From positions 9,075 through 73,074 of the IMG/VR virus record IMGVR_UViG_3300025133_005514: DNA of 64,000 bases; one strand, written 5' to 3'. The notes beneath the pieces are model-generated. The model made no database searches and had not been told where the DNA came from. It worked only from the letters and a program-made list of their open reading frames with translations. Source of the stretch: a virus. Shown here one piece after another: positions 43,421-54,800 of the stretch. The position numbers and the translations under genes were made by a program. Every line of letters begins with the position of its first letter. Position 1 is the first letter of the stretch.

Positions 43421-45859
43421 ATGGGCAACTTCTACGGAGACGGAGCCAGCAAGTACGGCCCCTCGCTGGGCGCAGGCGGTGCCTTTGAGGGTGCCCTGAG
43501 CGGCATCGCTTTCGGCGAGCGGCTGATCGAGGCCGAGCTTCGTCGCAAGGCCATGCGCCAGAAGATGGTCCAGGACCAGCAGCGCCTCGGCTACGAGCAC
43601 GACCGTCTCATCATGGAGAAGGAGAAGCAGGACATGCTCCTCGCTTCCCTCGTGGGAGGGGCGGGGCAGCCTGACGCCTTGGACCAGATTCTGGGACAGT
43701 CGGGAGGCGGCGGAGGCGGCCGTTCGGGTGGTAAGCGAACCATTCAGGGCCGTGGTGGCTCTGCCGGCTCAGACGGATGGGTTGACTCCCGCACCGGACT
43801 AGAGCGTGGCGCTCCCACCCCGGAGGAGGTTGGGCGCAGGGCCGAGGCCCAGCACACCCTCTCCACCGTCGGGCACGGTGAAGACATGCGCGTTCCGCGT
43901 ATGGAGCGGGACCGAATCACTGCCGGCGAGGCCGAAGTTCGGAACCGTGAGCTTGAGGAAGCCTTGGCGGCTAGGGACGCTTTCCAGCCCCGGAGCAAGG
44001 ACTACTTGAGCGAAGAAGACAAGCTGTGGCGTAACGCCGACACGGCCGAAGCCCCCCGCTCCTACGAGGAGGCGGTGGCTGGCTCTGGGTACGGCGTTGC
44101 TGGTGAGTCTGTCCGAGGTGGCGGGCTTGAGGGGGAGCGCGTCCCGATGTCGGACGACGCTCTCCGCGACGCAGCGCTTCTGCTCGCCGAGGCTGAAGCC
44201 AACCGAGAGAGCGAGCTTGCCACTGCCGTTGCGGCCGAAGGCCAGATCCCAATCAAGGAGGACCAGCCGGTCGCCTCAGCTGGTGGCAGAGCCCGCGACG
44301 CCAAGCACGAGGAACTCATGGCGACCATCGCGGCCGACGACTTCGACCCCTACCGCCTGGAGGGCGAGAACCAGCCCATGTCACCGCTGGGCGAAGCTCT
44401 GTACGAGGGGCAGCTGGCTGCTGGTGCGGCCGGACGGCCCAGGTCCGCAGACCCGCAGACGGAGATTCAGAAGGCCCTCGGCCACCGCAACGTGGGTGCC
44501 GAGAAGCTCGGGTACGAGCCCTCCAAGGTCTTGTCGCAGGGCGAGATTGCGATGCTGAAGATTCCCCGCGTCGCCAAGATGTTCGGCCTCCGCCCGGACG
44601 AGGTTGACGGCCTGATTCAGGACAACGACGCCTTCCGCACTGCGCTGTCTCGTGACATTGCCGAGCAGGAAATCCCCGAAGATCGTAGCGAGCGACTCAC
44701 CGTCTTCAGGAACCTGATTGAACAGGTCAACGTGGACCCGAAGACGGGCAAGCCCCGCATGTCGGACGAACAGATGGACCGGTTCGCCGAGGGGTTGATG
44801 AACGCCCCGACCGAGGTGGCCAACAAGGCCATCAAGAGCCTGGAGACCACCGTGGGCACCCTGGAGAAGGCCCTCGCCAACGTCCAGGTGTCGATCAACC
44901 CGAACGAGCGGGCCCGCATTGCGAAGGACATGTTTGGGGAGACGGTCCGAGAAATGCGGACCTACGCCGCCGAGATGACGGACCTGGACCAGAAGCTGGC
45001 AGACCCGACGATCAGCGCAGAGGACAAGGCAGAAATTCGGGGCAGACTCGTTACGCTTCAGGACAAGTACGACAAGGCTGAAGCCTCCCGCATCGGCCTT
45101 GAGGCTCTCGCCTACAGCCTCCTCGGCGGCAAGGTGCCCACCGGGTACTTCGACGTGTCGGACGACGGTGGGGATGGCGACGCCGGCGATGGCCGAACCC
45201 TGAACGACGAAACCTTCGGAGCCGTCACGGAGCAGGAGGCTGGGTTCATTCGTCGAGCCCGAGCCGGAGACTTCTCTGACGAGCAGATCCAGGCGGAACT
45301 CAGCAAGAAGCGCGGTGAGGCCGTCGAAATCATCGTGCCCCCCGAACTGAGCGACGCGGAGATTGAGGCGATGCCGAAGGCTGAACGTCCCGCCGGACGC
45401 AAGCTGCCGGAGTCCTACACGGCTCCCCAGCCGACGCCACCGGAGGAGACCGTCATCGGCAAGACCAGGGCCAGTCTGGTTGACCGACACAAGCCGACCG
45501 TGACACGTCGCAAGGCGGAGCTTCCGGTTCTCTCGGAGCGGCTCCAGGGTGCAGCAGCTAGCTCCAACGTGGAGGAGGCTCGGTCGGTTGAGATGGCGGC
45601 GGCCGACGCCCTGACGGAACTTCAGCGAATCCAGGGCGAGGCGATGCGTACCACCGGCCTGCCGTTCACGGGCGATCTGTCCAAGTCGATCGGGGAAGCC
45701 CGAGACCTGCTGGAGCGAGCCAGGCGAACCAGGGAGGCCCTGGGTGGCGGCGATATGGGTGCCGTCAGGTCGGGGGATGACGACCCGCTCCCGTTCGGCG
45801 AGGACCTGGAGCGAGCGGCCAAGGGCGTCCTCCCTGACTTCATGGTGCCGGACCTGTAG
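43421..45859 (+). CDS. Putative ejection protein (812 aa)
   Basis: Gly-rich N-terminus, long acidic helical body, precedes giant protein. Confidence 0.65.
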   Translation: MGNFYGDGASKYGPSLGAGGAFEGALSGIAFGERLIEAELRRKAMRQKMVQDQQRLGYEHDRLIMEKEKQDMLLASLVGGAGQPDALDQILGQSGGGGGGRSGGKRTIQGRGGSAGSDGWVDSRTGLERGAPTPEEVGRRAEAQHTLSTVGHGEDMRVPRMERDRITAGEAEVRNRELEEALAARDAFQPRSKDYLSEEDKLWRNADTAEAPRSYEEAVAGSGYGVAGESVRGGGLEGERVPMSDDALRDAALLLAEAEANRESELATAVAAEGQIPIKEDQPVASAGGRARDAKHEELMATIAADDFDPYRLEGENQPMSPLGEALYEGQLAAGAAGRPRSADPQTEIQKALGHRNVGAEKLGYEPSKVLSQGEIAMLKIPRVAKMFGLRPDEVDGLIQDNDAFRTALSRDIAEQEIPEDRSERLTVFRNLIEQVNVDPKTGKPRMSDEQMDRFAEGLMNAPTEVANKAIKSLETTVGTLEKALANVQVSINPNERARIAKDMFGETVREMRTYAAEMTDLDQKLADPTISAEDKAEIRGRLVTLQDKYDKAEASRIGLEALAYSLLGGKVPTGYFDVSDDGGDGDAGDGRTLNDETFGAVTEQEAGFIRRARAGDFSDEQIQAELSKKRGEAVEIIVPPELSDAEIEAMPKAERPAGRKLPESYTAPQPTPPEETVIGKTRASLVDRHKPTVTRRKAELPVLSERLQGAAASSNVEEARSVEMAAADALTELQRIQGEAMRTTGLPFTGDLSKSIGEARDLLERARRTREALGGGDMGAVRSGDDDPLPFGEDLERAAKGVLPDFMVPDL

Positions 45860-48800
45860 TGCCCAACATCGAGGATATGTGGGAGGAGACAGCCACCCCA
45901 CAGCTGCCGACCACGGAGTTGGCCATCGACCCCACCCCGATGGGAGGCACCGGAAACATCGGCGACCTGTGGGACGAGCCGGAGGCGGCAGAACCCCGGG
46001 CGGAGCGCCGCCCCCCTCGCCAGAGACCTGAACCCAGGGCGGCACAGGCGCGGGAAATCGGCGACCTGTGGGACGAGCCAGATACGCCGGCTCAGGTGCC
46101 TGCTCCAGAGTACGGCGACGACCCGCCCGACACCCTGGACGACTCCATCCTCACGGACTCGCTGCCCATCATCGAGCCGGAGAAGCGTCAGCCCGCCAGC
46201 CAGGCGTGGGTCCAGGCCCGCACCAAGTACAACCGCCTCCACAGCCCCGTGGAGAAGGTGGAGGTCCTCGACGCCTGGATGTCGGAGTACCTGCCGGCGG
46301 AGCGCAGGCGGGCGTACAAGGAGGCTGGCGAGCCGGGGGAGCTGCACGGTCTGTGGAAGTTCCTGGACCGTGTGGACAAGTGGACTGACCGCATGTCCAG
46401 GGCTGGGCCCATCGCCCTGTGGGAGGCCCGCAAGAAGTATTTCGAGACCGGCGAGTACGTCGGACCCAAGGAGATGTGGGGCCTCCTCCAGGACTCCTGG
46501 CGGAACGACCGGGGCGACCTGGAAGACGGCACCCGGGCCCTGAAGGCCCTGAAGTCGTACACCTCCAGCATCATCGGGATGCCGGGGGCCACCATGAGGG
46601 GTATGTCGGAGGCCGACTTCCTCGCTCAGATCGAGGCAGACACCGAGGCCGACTTTGCCTCCATGGCCTCATGGATCGACAAGAGCGGCATCGGTCGGCC
46701 CATCACCTCGGTTGGCATGGCTGGCCTGGCTGTCGGCTCTCAGCTGATTTGGGGAGGTGAGAACTTCAAGTCCATGATGGAGGCCCGCAGCGCCATGATG
46801 GAGCAGGAGGCTTACGCCTCAGGCGAGGCCATCATCGGGTTCGTGGGCCTGGCTACGATCAGCCACCTCAACGCCCTCGGCGGCAAAGGCATCGCCAAGA
46901 CGGTGGGCACCAGGGGCACCCGCTTCGGCAGCGACGTCGTCACCCACTCCCTCGCCCAGGAGAAGGCGACCCTCAAGGGAATCATGGACGCCCAGGGCGG
47001 CATCCTGGACAAGGGGATGATCTCCCTGCGTGAAGCCTCAGAGGCCGGCGACTCGATCGACCCTGCCATGGGGCGCATCATCGAGACTCTGGCTGACGAC
47101 CCCGTCCTGGACGTTGTGGCCAAGCAGGAGGTGGACGAGTACCTCACCGAGCTTGCTGAACTGACCCGCGTCAGGGACGAGATGGTTGCTGCCGGCGGCG
47201 ATGCTGGGGCGGCGGATGCCAGCCTCGCCAGCCTTCAGGCCGACATGATCGAGAAGCTGTCGGGCCACGTTGACTCCTACAAGCAGCGCGCTCCCGCAAG
47301 GATGGAGGCGAACGTCACGGCCCAGGTCGAGGCTCGCTACCTGGATGCGGTGGACACCGCCTTCCGGCACGAGGTGCCGCTGTACGGGGCCGAGTCCATC
47401 AACGTCCTAAACAAGCTCAAGCACGGCGCTGTGTTCGAGGCCGCTCTGGACGGCGCTGCTGAGGCCGTGGGCCTGTCCCGGGCCGAGCTTCTGGCCAAGA
47501 CCAAGAGCGGCGACAACGTCATTCTGTCCGAAGCCCTGGGTGCCATGGGCGTCAACGCTGGGGACCTGCCGGGCCACGAACTGAAGGCCGAGGCTCTGTG
47601 GGCTGAGTTGATGCGGCAGGGGCACCGCGACAAGAAGCTGCTCAAGGACATCGACTTCAAGCTGACCGGCGAGGTTGACGAGTACGGACACCTGGTCGTT
47701 CGACCCGAGGACGTGAAGATCACCTGGCAGACCCCGGCGGAAGCGAAGGCCGAGCTTCTCGAAGCCGGCATGGTGATGCCCAAGGACAGCGCTATCGGCC
47801 GAGCCATGGCTGCTCCGGGCCAGGAGTTGATCGAAGCTGTCGCGAAGGTGTCGGGCAGGGGTGACGAGTTCGCCAGGACCCAAGCGTTCCGCCAGCACAA
47901 GATGCTGTCTGCCAGCGATGCTCTGGGCCACAAGATGGCCTACGCCGCGTTGTCGAAGTTCCCGCCGTTTGTCGAAGCCATCACCCGCAACGCATGGTCC
48001 ATCGGCAGCCCCCGCAAGGTGACCCACTTCTACGGTGGCACCGAGGCTGCGGTTAGGGGAACTCCTCGCCCCAAGATTCTGTCCCGTCGCAGCATCCTGC
48101 ACCCGGCGAAGTTCGCTCGGATGGAGGCCAGGACCCGGGCCCAGCACGTCACCCGTGGCGTGGACCGCGAGCGTCTCGGCCTGTTCGTGCAGCGCGTGTT
48201 GGCCATCTCGAAGGACCCCAGGATTCAGAACCTGGCTGTCCTGTACCGGGAGATGGGCTGGACGGACGAGCTTACGGAGCAGCAGATCATCGCTCTGGCC
48301 CACCTGGAACGGGTGGAGCACATCGTCTCGCAGTCCGACCTCGGCCGGAACCTGGACGAGATTGCGATGGACACGGCCAACGTGTCGGACGACGAGATGC
48401 GGTCCATCATCTCCGGCCTTCGGACGGTGCTGGACCCTGATTCTCCGAACCCCAATCGCCCCGCCGCGTTCCCCGACACAGCGCTGGCCGGCGAGGATCA
48501 CCTCCAGGGCATCACAGCCATCGTAGGAAGCGTCGTAGACGAGCTTGAAGATGCCTACCGCAACGGAGGAGCAAAGAAGCGCAAGAAGGCTCTGAGGGCC
48601 GTTGCTGTGCAGACCGGTGTTATCCGCCGCGCTCTGACGGATGTGCTGACGAAGGAGCACGAACTCAGCCGCATGATCAAGGGCTGGGAGCAGGCGGCTC
48701 CGATGTTGGAGGAGGGGAAGGAGCTTCGCACCCTCCGCAAGTCTCTGCTCGGCGCTGTTCGCGGGAAGTGGGACGAGGACGCTCCGCTGGAGGATGTGGT

Positions 48801-51800
48801 CCGCCGTATCCAGGAGCTTCAGGCCAGCTACGACAGCAAGTACGGCGCTGTCCACGGGGAGCTTGCTGCTCTGCGGACTGGTCTGCCGCCCGGCGGCAAG
48901 TCCACCTGGGCCCAGCACCGAACCAACCTCCGCGACAGCATGGCCGCGAGGTTCGGGGACGAGCAGGTTGACGAGCTTGTCATGCCGCTGCTGGACCAGC
49001 GCGCGAAGACATGGGCTTCGTACCACGGCGTTCACCCGGACCAGGCCGACGCCTGGTACGCCAAGACCATCCGCGACTTCCAGACTGCCGAGACTTACGA
49101 CGCCTGGGACAAGGGTCAGCGGGCTACCGGCCACAACACCGAACTCAGCGCGGAGACCTCAGGCGGCATGTACAGCGCCCTGGAGGTGAAGCTCCAGGAC
49201 TTCCCGAAGCCGAAGGCCACGGTTCAGGAGGTACTCGGGTTCCTTCGGAAGCAGGGAGTGAAGCAGGAAGAGTTGGACGACATGTCCTTCTTCGCCTCGC
49301 TGGACCCCGGGACGAAGGTGACCAAGGCCGAAATGCTGGAGGAGTTTGAGCGCAGCCAGCGTCCGTGGACCGAGCACATCCGCACTGACAACGTCGCCGT
49401 CAAGACCGCCAAAGAACGGCAGCTAGCCTCAGAGCTTGAGGTTTTGAACAAGCGCATCGCCGAACTGGAGAAGGAGGCCGACCCGGTTGACAACATTATG
49501 GCCCTGCTCGGCGGCCCCGAAGAGGGTGACGAACTGACCCCTCTGTACCGCCAGCGAGATCGGCTAGCCGCTGACCTGCGGAACGAAGCGTCTGTCGCCA
49601 CAGAGAGTCGCAGGTTCGAGGATGTGTTCAGGAGCGAGGTTGCAGAGGAGGTTGGCGACAGCCTCTCCTGGGTCGAGCGCATCTCGCCAAGCTCAGGCCC
49701 ACCAGACCTGTTCGGCGACATGTCTGCCGGCGGTTTCGAGGTTCGGTACGTGCATCGCGGGAACGCGTTCGGGGAGACCCTCTCTGCGGTGGATGAGCCT
49801 GACGCCTTCGCCGCGTTCGACGGGCTTATGCAGGGGCGTGATCGGTACGACCACAAGCCGGCCCAAGATCGCACCACCCGATCGAAAAACGCCTGGACCC
49901 GAGAGGGGGACCCGGATGGCGGCACCGGCTACACGGAGCGTGTCTACACCCTCGACGAACTGAAGGAGGGGGAGGAGACCTTCACGACCGGCCACTTCGT
50001 CACGGACGAGAACGTCTTTCTGCACATCCGGTACGACTTCGTGACCGGCGCAGACGGGAAGAAGGAGCTTCGTCTGATTGAGGTCCAGAGCGATTTGCAC
50101 CAGAAGGGGCGGAGCACTGGGTACGGACCTACCAGGTATGAGACGCCGGACGACATCAACTCCAGACTGGATGACATCAGGTCGGACCCAGACTTTAGTC
50201 AGCTAACCCGATTTGAGCAGGGAGAGTGGGCCAGAGTCACCTCCGATGAGATGTTCGACCACCTGGATGCCATGGGGGACTTTGAAGACGCTGGGTCCAT
50301 CTTCGACGTTTTGGTTGATCAGCTAGACATGACCCTCGACACCCAGGCCAGGAATGCCACCAAGCGACTGGTCGCCAAGTACAGCCGGCCAGGCACCGGT
50401 AAAACCAATAAGGGCCTCCCCTCGGCCCCCTTCAAAAAGTCCTGGCGAGCCTTCGCCCTGAAGCAGGCTGTGAAGGCCGCTGTGGAGGAAGGTGCGGAAC
50501 GTGTGTTGTGGCTGTCCGGGGATGAGGTAACCCGCGCCCGCAGCGCCAACGCCAACCTCGCCCGCATCACTTACGACGAGGAGCTGCCGAGGGCTGCGAA
50601 GAAGCTCTACAAGCGGCACGGAGCCAGGCCCCGCAGGGGTCGGCCCGCGTTGGGCGGGATCAAAGAGAGGCTCCGAGGGGAGGGGATCGACATCAGGCCC
50701 GAGGACAAGTTCATCCTGATGGAGGATGGTTCGTCCGAGATTTACTCCGTGGCTAAGAGCAGGGACGAAGCCGTTCGGCACCACGACGAAGCGTTCCGTG
50801 TGGATATCGACGCTCCCGAGGGGGCTATTGAAATCATGCCCCTGGAGGAGGGGTTGGCCAGGTGGGCGAAGGCTAACGGCATCCCCTCAAGCCCTGTGGG
50901 TAACCACATCCTCGACCTCACCCCCGAACTCAGGGCGTCCGTCTCAGACAAGGGGCAGACACTCTATAGCGCTGCCTTTGACGACTTCAAGGCGGTCCAG
51001 TCCGACGTCATCCGCGCCATCGGCGACACGGAGGACCTGCTCCGGGACATCGAAGCCCAGGTGGCGAAGCTGGCCCCCTACGAAGCCAGAGCCAAGACCG
51101 CACGCAAGAAGGTGGACCTGAAGAGGGCCGCGATTGGTGCAGTCCGCGAAGCCCGGGAGATGCGGGCAGCGGTTGCGAAGGCTCGTGCTGCTCGGGGTGG
51201 CCTCTCTCTGGAGGGGTCGGAGGCTGGCGCGGGCCAGCTTTCCCTGGAGCGAGCCGGACCCGGCGGTCTGTCCATGGAGGGCCCCGGAGCAGACCCCAGG
51301 CCCACCGCAAGGAGCGAGGCTGAGCGACTGACGTCGCCGCTCTCGGACGAAGAGACGGCTATCCGCCAGGTTGAGGACAAGTTGCTCGATGCGGCCGAGG
51401 CCGAGGCTCGGATGCTCGGAGCCGACGTTCTCAAGAGCGTTCCCACCGACGTTAGGGACAAGGTCGCAGACCTCTACAAGCAGCGGGTTGCCCAGAGGCG
51501 CTCAATCCAGGAACTTCAGCGCAAGGAGGCCCAGCGCTTGGTTGACGCTATCCCTGGGTTGGACGGACAGGTTGATTACGTCTCGGTGTTTACCCATCGT
51601 ATGGGCTTACGGCAGGGGGAGCTTGGGGAGGTCGTCGTCAGGCTGAACGGTGAACACGTCGCCATCCCGACCCGAGATATCGAGGCTGCCGGGCTTGGCG
51701 GGGTTGGCGACAACTTGGTCACGTACTCAGAGCTTCAGACCAAGTCGATGTACGCCATCCGTGATGCCAACGACTCCATCGAATCCTTGCGATCCGCCTC

Positions 51801-54800
51801 CCTCAGCAGGGCCGACCTCCAGTTCCAGGGCAACACCAGCGGCGTTCGGGGTGTCCACGAGTCCATGGGCGACCTGTCACAGAAGACCATTGCGGCCTTC
51901 GCCTCCGCCGATATCAACACGTTGATCCACGAACTCGGCCACCTCATGCGCCGGGACATCCCCCTCACGGACCTCAACGTGCTCAGCAGCTGGGTCAACG
52001 CGAACCCGAAGGTCAAGCAGATGGGCACGGTCACCACCGTGGGTGGCAAGTGGGTGGGCCTGGACAAGAAGGGCAAGAAGAACGACGCCGTCCTTCAAGC
52101 AGCTGAAGAGATGTTCGCCGAAGGCTTCGTGCAGTACCTGAAGAAGGGCAAGGCTCCGGTCAAGGAGTTGGAGACGGCCTTCGCCAGGGCGAAGCAGTGG
52201 TTGCGGGACATCTTCACCGCGATCGTCTCGCTGCGGCTAGATGGCAAGCGTCGCAAGAGGCCGCTCAACATCAACGTCGAGCTTGGCCACGGCGCTATCG
52301 AGGCGATGGACAACCTGTTCATCCCGCTGGAGGGCAAGGCTGCGAAGGCTGCCGCTGCGAAGCGGGGCGGCAAGGCGAAGGCTCTGTCGGACTACCGTGC
52401 TGCTGAGGCTGCTCGGAAGGTTGAGATTGAGGCTCGTCCCGTCACAGAAGCGAAGGCGTTCAGCAAGATTGAGGACTTCAAGAACTCTCCGAACCGTGGG
52501 CGAGGTGAAGCGGCCAAGGTCAGGATCATGGCCAAGACCGGCTCCCAGGTGTTCGAGGAGATCATCGAGCGGCTCCCCGTGGTGGGTGACGAACTCAAGG
52601 AGGCGTTCGCCAAGGCCCTGCTGTTCGGTTCGAAGATCGACCTCCCCGAGGGTGGGACCTGGTTGGACACGATCCGAACCGCTGACATCGACACCTCCAG
52701 CGTGTCCGCCTTCAACAGCGGCGACTACGGCAAGGCTCTCAGAACCTCCTTGCTGGGCGGCAGGGCTGATAGGGTCGCGAAGATCGAAGGCTTCCTGAAC
52801 GACCTCAGGAAGGCGGCTGTGGACCTAGAGGACGCCCTCAAGACCGGCTCCGACCTCCCGCCCCTGGAGGTGGCTCCGTCCATCGCTACGGCTGTTGGCG
52901 CGAAGTCCCAGGTCTCCACCATCTGGCGGCAGTTGGCCGAGGAGCAGCTGCCCTGGCTGGACCAGGTCCTCAAGGACAACCAGGCTTCGGTCAAGCAGAC
53001 GATGGACCGGGCGAACCTGGAGGCCAAGGCTATGGCTGCGGCCACGGCTGACCAGGAGGTTGCCGAGCTTCTGGCCCGAGCCGTCGCCAACCAGGACTAC
53101 GGCGAGGTCCAGAAGCTGGTTGCCCAGAGCATGGAGGCTGGCCGCAAGGGCGTGAAGCGCAACCGCAGCAAGTTCGCCCACGAGAAGAAGCCCGTGGAGG
53201 GAGACCTCAAGCAGCTGGACGACATGCTCAAGTCGCCCGAGGCGATCAAGGACCTTGAGGTCACGATGGACTGGCTGGGCTGGAACACGGACAGCCCCCA
53301 GAAGATGTGGGACGCCCTGCGACACGGCAAGGAGTTCTCGGCCTCCCACAAGGCCCGCATGAAGGAGTACCGAACGCGGGTGCTGAAGTCGTGGAGGGAC
53401 CACGAGACCGCCCGCCAGTTCAAGACCCTGACCAAGCGCGAGCAGGAGATGGTCAAGCGTGTCCTGAAGAACCCGGCCATGTACCGCATCCCGGACGGGC
53501 TGAGCCCGGAGGTTGCGAAGAAGGCTGCCGCCCGTGGCATGAAGCGAACGGTCGGCGAAGACCTGGACCCGAAGGCTCTGGAGATCGCAGAGGTCCTGGA
53601 CGAGTTCTTTGAGGGCTACCTCCAGAAGCTGCGTCACGAGCACGGCGGGCTGGCCAACTTCGACAAGGATGAGTTCCTCACCCGGGTCGATGTCGCCGCC
53701 TACGTCCCCCACATCCTCACCTCGATGGCCCGAGACAAGGTGCAGAGGCTCAAGAACGCCGGGACCCTCCCCAAGAACTTTGACCCCATGTTCCTGGAGC
53801 GTCGCGGCATCAAGGGGACGATCGAGGCTATTAACGACCAGATGCGCCGCAGCCTGGCTACCTCAGCGCTCCGGTCCAAGGTCAAGGCTGGGAAGCTGGA
53901 CGCCGCTGCGTTCGGGTTGGACGGACCAGCCATGCGGCACGCTGCTGAGAACAACACGCTGTCCGAGCTTCTGACCCCCGAGGTCTACGACCAACTGGTC
54001 AACGAGATGATTGAGACCTTGGACGTGGGCCAGGGGTTCGACTTCTTCGAGGTCGAGCCGATGCTCCTGATGGAGCACTACGCCACCCAGGTGGACCGCT
54101 CCCTGTCTGACGCCTCCTACCTCCGGGACATGATGGAGATGTTCCCGATGGGGCGGAAGTTCTCCGAGATGGACCAGGCGAACGCTGCGACGGGCAGGCC
54201 GGGCGAGTTGGTGGAGATGGCTGCGGAGGCTGCTGGCTACAGCAAGCTGTCGCACAACGACTACCTCGCCACGCTGGCCAACCTGAAGCTGCCGAAGCAG
54301 CTGCGTAAGTACGGCGAGTACATCCGGGGCCAGATTGTCCAGGGCAAGAGCCCGAACGAAATCATGCGGCTGCTGCACGAGCAGGGCGTGACGGTGGACC
54401 TGGAGTGGATTGCCTCCTTCCGGGCTCCGCCCGTGTACCTGCCCATCCCGGTGGTTGAGTACCTCCAGTGGATCAACCGTCCCGACAAGGGTGGCGCTGG
54501 GACGGAGTTTCTCGACGGCATCCTGTCCTGGGCCAAGGGCATGGCGACGGTGTCATCCCTCGCTCACATCTCGATGAACGTCTTCGGCAACATCCTGTCG
54601 GTCATGCAGCTGGCCACGCTGAAGGACCTGCGTCCGAAGAACCTGATGAAGGCGTTCACCATCTTCGCCAAGCGCCCGCCGGACCACCCCTCCTGGGGGC
54701 AGATGATCACGCTGGGCGACAAGACGATGTCCGCGAAGGACTGGCGTACCAGGCTCCAGTTCGGTGGCGCGCTGGACGTGCCTGGACAGAGCGCGTTCCG